This document shows, piece after piece, positions 59,753 to 64,000 of a DNA stretch of 64,000 nt. The stretch comes from Moniliella sp. 'wahieum'. Its lineage: Eukaryota. Made by a program: the position numbers and the translations under genes. A model generated the notes under the pieces. That model was not told the origin of the DNA and did not search any database. It worked only from the letters and a program-made list of their open reading frames with translations. Location of the stretch: positions 124,001 to 188,000 of the forward strand of contig RSEE01000052.1 of NCBI GenBank assembly GCA_003971905.1, given 5' to 3'. Each line of letters opens with the position of its first letter. The stretch's first letter is position 1.

Positions 59753-60732
59753 TGCTAACTGAACAGCCACGGGCCTACGTCCCGCCGGCTTTTTAGCATA
59801 ACTGTCGGTGGGGGCGGCTCCTGTGCGCGACACCAGCAATACACCCTCTGTCATCTCTGCACGTCCTCGATGCCCTGCTGTCTGATGCAGCCCCGTTCAC
59901 CCACCGCCGCTTCCACGCGGTTGCTGAGTCCCGTGGCATTCCAACATGAAGGCGAGCTGCGAGCCTAATGATGGCTTCGATCATCGCATCATGACGTGCC
60001 GTGTCTGTCTTTTGGTGGAAGAGAGGTTTTATCGCTGCCCCGGCTTTCAATAAATGGATACGTTCCAACTTGCGGTAGTTTAACCTGGTGTAACCCATGT
60101 AAAACCGGTGTAACTGGCGCTAAGCCGGCCGACGCCAAAAAGAGACACACTGCATAGTCAGGTCCTCATGTGTTTTCCCCAGGATTCGTCAAGCGTCAGT
60201 GGAACCTACAAAAGGGACATGAATGGATCGTGGACTCCAGAAGCACTCTTTCTACCACGCCAGTTCTTAATGAGAATGTGGTACTAGCAGAGTACTGTTG
60301 ACCGAGGTGCTGTCAGTGCTCACAGTTTATGTCACCGTGTGTTGGGGGTATTCAATTACACGACACCCGTCATCGGCTTTGGTTACCGGCAACGGGATCC
60401 TTTGGATGAGAGGGTACCGTAAGGAAGAAGGTTGGGTTGATGTAAGATGGAGAATGAAGATTGAAGGGCGATTCATTGATAGAATGGGGTTCAGGGTTGC
60501 CAAACCTGAGAACGAGATGGAGAGCCACAATATTTTTCCCGTGTGGCTCTGTAGTCGCCTGGGTTCTCGACAGAGCGCATATCCTGTGTTAGGATACGCC
60601 GCGCACTCCGCACGCGCGTCCTACGGCTATAGTCACGGCCAACCCATCCCACGTTCGTCTCTATGCATCCAAGCTGGCGTGTGCATCCATGCTCACCGGT
60701 GCGTAAAAATCTCATGTAGATAGTACGTAAGG

Positions 60733-61360
60733 CTAGAGCCACTTGGTTTCGGGGTCAGCTAAGAAACTGATCATAGAGCTCACGGTTAAAGAGGCTGACC
60801 TCCGATTCGTTCTCTGCGGTCACCATGTCAGCAAGCTGCATCGAAATAGCGAGACGAGACGTACCAAGGCCATATTCGGCAAGAGACTTGTCTGGATCAG
60901 CCAGGATATACTCGGGATGATCGAGGTTGATGATAAGATGGTTGTCTTAGCGCCATGAGCTTTAGAGTAGAGCTGAGCGTGTCTAGGGGGGGGGGGGGGG
61001 GGGGGGGAACAGAGGGGGGGGAAGACAGGTCAGCCCAACTGACCGGAGAGTAGATTGCAACACAATGGCACCACGTACCCAGCGAGTCAATCGCAGAGCG
61101 GAAAGGCTTGAATCCAGACACAGTGCGCACCTGCTCCTTGCACAGATCGATGAGGGCGGCAGCCGTTGTGTTGGTGAGGTCCACGTCGCGCAAGACCAGA
61201 GGTTTCATGGGCGGTACTCAAAGTTCTTGATGACGCGCACAGTGATGGTCGCATCAGTGGTAGGACGAGCCAGATTGGTGGTGACACCAGTCTCGTCTTC
61301 CAGAACGGGCCTGAATGGGTGGAAGCCGCCGGGCAGCAGCTCGTCGGACGGTGCGGCCAT
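60733..61360 (-). CDS. AIM29: UPF0538/DUF2340 protein (Aim29/C2orf76-like)
   Basis: TITVRVIKNFEYR, GFKPFR, KAHGAKT, ETEVSLFN, DPETKW. Intron ~60983-61078. Confidence 0.8.
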
Positions 61361-61797
61361 GGGTGCGCAGAGGTAGTTCGGGGACGGTAGGCAATGGATG
61401 GTGCTGGCGCGCTCAGCCAGACGGGAGGGGCGGAACGGAAAAAATAGTGTGGGGGGCGGAATCCTAATTTCGCTGTGGGGCTCAACTAGTCACTAGCGCT
61501 CACTAGGGTCGCTTTGACAGGAGGTACCGCCTGTTGAACTTGACGTCCATGCCCACGACTCCCGCCATCTATCCTACATCACTACCGCGCTATACCACTT
61601 GTTGTACGAGACGTCGGTCACCCTCCAGTCCCAGTCTCGATCTTGTTAATCTGCCTGGCCGTCACATCGTTGCTGCATCAGTGACAATTGCATTTGTGCG
61701 GCGACCCATGACGTCGCGCCCGTTGACCTGTTGCATTGCCGTCTCTGCAGCCAGCTTACGGCGCCTTCGAAGACGAAATTGAGGTTGATAGTCCGTT

Positions 61798-63465
61798 TCA
61801 GATCTGGATCTGAGCCCCAATGGGGATGTGGTCCGAGCAGCAAACCCCTTTACGAGGAAGCCCAACTTGAAGCACCTCCTTGGGGTGCGTGGGCAGCAGC
61901 GCCGTCACAGCAGGGTAGACGGCCTCGCTTTCCCTGCAGGGAAGGGAAGAGGAAGATGTAGTCGAGTGTTAAACTGAACAAAGGGGAAAAAAGAGTAAAC
62001 ATGGGCTCCTTGCAAGGCCCTTCATGCGGGTTCGGGGTATCCGGTGTCCATTCTTCGTCGTTCCATCGCTCTTTGCGAGGGCCCGGCGTACCAAACATGT
62101 TATCCGAATCGGGGTTGAAGGTCCCATACGTGGACAGTGCCCGGCCTTGAGAATGAGGAAGGTGATACAGCTCCGCCATTTCAGACATAGTCAGTAGACC
62201 GTCAGCGGGAGTGGGTAGGCGACAGTTCTTGAGGAGACGGTCGTCGCTACTGCCCTCACCTTCCCCTTGCTCCTCATCGCCACCATCTTCTTGCTCGGTA
62301 TCAGCATCGCATCAGTACATTCGCCATACCCTCTGCCGATCGTTTAGCCAACTCGTCGACCGATTGGTGCACCACGGGGATCGTGTGACCTCCTCTACTC
62401 CCGTCGGCGTAGGCTTTTGTCCCGTCAACAGCCCATACGTCATGGAGTCCGGTTGATCATTAAAATCGCCAGCAAAGATGACGGGCCAATCATGGAAGAC
62501 GGGATTGCTTTTGCGGAAGGCATCAATCTCCCGCACAATCGCCCCGACCTGCCGAGCGCGCTCGTACCCATGCATCGGATGCCAAAAGAGATGGGTAGTG
62601 ACGACAATCACGCCCCCTCCTCCCACTAGAGGCAGAGCGGCGAAAAGAGCAATGTTGCGCGTGATCCGGGAGCAGGCGCGGCGTGCAGCACGTGTGGTAC
62701 GCCCCCATCGTTGTTGAGGTACTGTGCCACATCCACCTCATCTAGATAGACAACCTTCTGGGCAGCCGGTTTAGTCTCAAACGAGGGCCCCACATTCTTT
62801 TCATCATCAGAAAGTCGGCGCGGATGGGTACGCCAAGCGATCATCAGACCGTGTTGCTTGGCTGCGTAGCCCTTTTCGAACAAATAAGAGTATCCAGCCT
62901 TGTCGAGGGTGGCGAAGTGGATGTCGGTACGGTCGACTTCTTGGAAGGCACCGACGTCGAACAGATGGCCGACCAGTTCTGCCTCGAGTCCAGCCTCTCT
63001 ATCTGCCATACGAAGCGCGTCGGATCCAGGAAAGAGCGAGCGACGAACGAGGCCTTGGGCGAGCATGCTGTGCGCGCCAAACCGCAAAAAATGAGTTAGT
63101 CGACTGTGGGGTGTGATCTGCTAAATGCGAAAGACTTACTTCCAGCTGAGGATGCGCAGTGGACGGCCAGGCACGCGCGAGGGTGAGGTGCTAGACGCAG
63201 ACGCGGGCGCAGCGAATGAGAGCGGTTTCCACGGACGGGGGAGGTACAGGCGTGCTCCCGATTTCGCATCGCGCGAAAGAAGCTCGCCTCCATCGTCAGG
63301 CAATTCGCCGAGGGCAGCGCGACGCAATCGGGCGGCGGCAGCGTCAGCGGCTTGGGCTTCTGCCGCACGTTTCGCAGCGCGCGCCTGCCGTTTCGCCTCA
63401 ATCTCTTCGGGTGACGGCCGAGATGTAGGCTTTGATTGCTTCGGTGGCTTGGTGGGGGCGGTCAT
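61798..63465 (-). CDS. Ngl2/Angel-like CCR4-family EEP nuclease
   Basis: LRILSW(N), LAQGLVRRSLFPGS, FQEVDR, THLFWHP, AGDFN, EPMFT...TLDYIF, SDHIPI. Intron ~63070-63140. Confidence 0.88.
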
Positions 63466-64000
63466 GGTGTAGAGAGAACGGGCAGAGCAAAGGAAACGGG
63501 AAAGAGAGAGAGCACGGGTACGGCCCCAAACAGTCGAGGTAAAGATGGTGATGATGGTCGCTGCTGTTGAAAATGAGATGTCAAGACACCGAGGCGGCCT
63601 TCTGATGGTCCATGGCAGATAGCGTGAGTCACTCCAGTCATTCTAGTTAGTCATCGATCATGTATTAGTCGTCACGTGACGCGTCGCGCTGGCGTGGCCC
63701 CTGGAATCTTTCTGGTTTTGGTTTCGGATTGCCTTGCACCGACTTCGAGATCCCCTCGCAATAATCAATTTCATTCGTCTCTGGCAGACGAAGCCAGATA
63801 CACACCATATGCATTTCCAGGTCTAGGTTATATAGCCAACACTCAACAGAAGTTTCCACACCTGCCCCGTTCTGGTGTCAGTTTTGGTGTCACTCCGTGC
63901 ACCTATAAGCGTGAATCCTCGACCATGACTAGTAACTACCCGAGTGTGAGAGTCATCGCATGTGCACGGGTGAGAAAAGGGCCATGTGAGACGGGGGAAG

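Noticed and set aside
60986..61022. Poly-G runs as functional G-quadruplexes (also 9686-9697, and poly-C 49446-49462)
   Set aside because: Simple homopolymers in introns or UTRs with unreliable length and no supporting evidence.
1..64000. tRNA, rRNA and spliceosomal snRNA genes
   Set aside because: No convincing cloverleaf or recognisable rRNA/snRNA sequence seen by eye. tRNAscan-SE/Infernal would be needed to exclude them.

Overview
Eukaryotic (fungal) genomic DNA, most likely a basidiomycete and possibly Ustilaginomycotina. This is inferred from the short GT-AG introns with CTRAC-type branch points, a secreted LIP-family lipase and a Cln1-type cyclin. About 15 protein-coding genes are recognisable: a PTGR/MDR oxidoreductase, a Lec1-like PX protein, a lipase, Rieske RIP1, CTNNBL1, a Nam8-like RRM protein, a G1 cyclin, RPL9, a Whi3/Scw1-like RRM protein, 14-3-3, PPT1, a carrier-like membrane protein, AIM29, an Ngl-type nuclease and two hypothetical proteins. 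Almost all are broken by single-base frameshifts, which look like uncorrected long-read errors, so gene ends are approximate. Gene-poor blocks (1-8.8 kb, 27.7-36.6 kb, 38.7-47 kb) hold mobile-element relics: 5'-truncated CRE-type RLE non-LTR retrotransposons with a conserved 3' motif, three or four solo-LTR families with TSDs (some nested), and non-autonomous Helitrons. The most striking unexplained feature is a pervasive intergenic class of 7-bp-period micro-repeats. Each unit is an A-NN-N'N'-T 6-bp palindrome plus one spacer base, and at least 12 different palindromic cores are used. A candidate C/D snoRNA and a structured 5'UTR intron flank RPL9.
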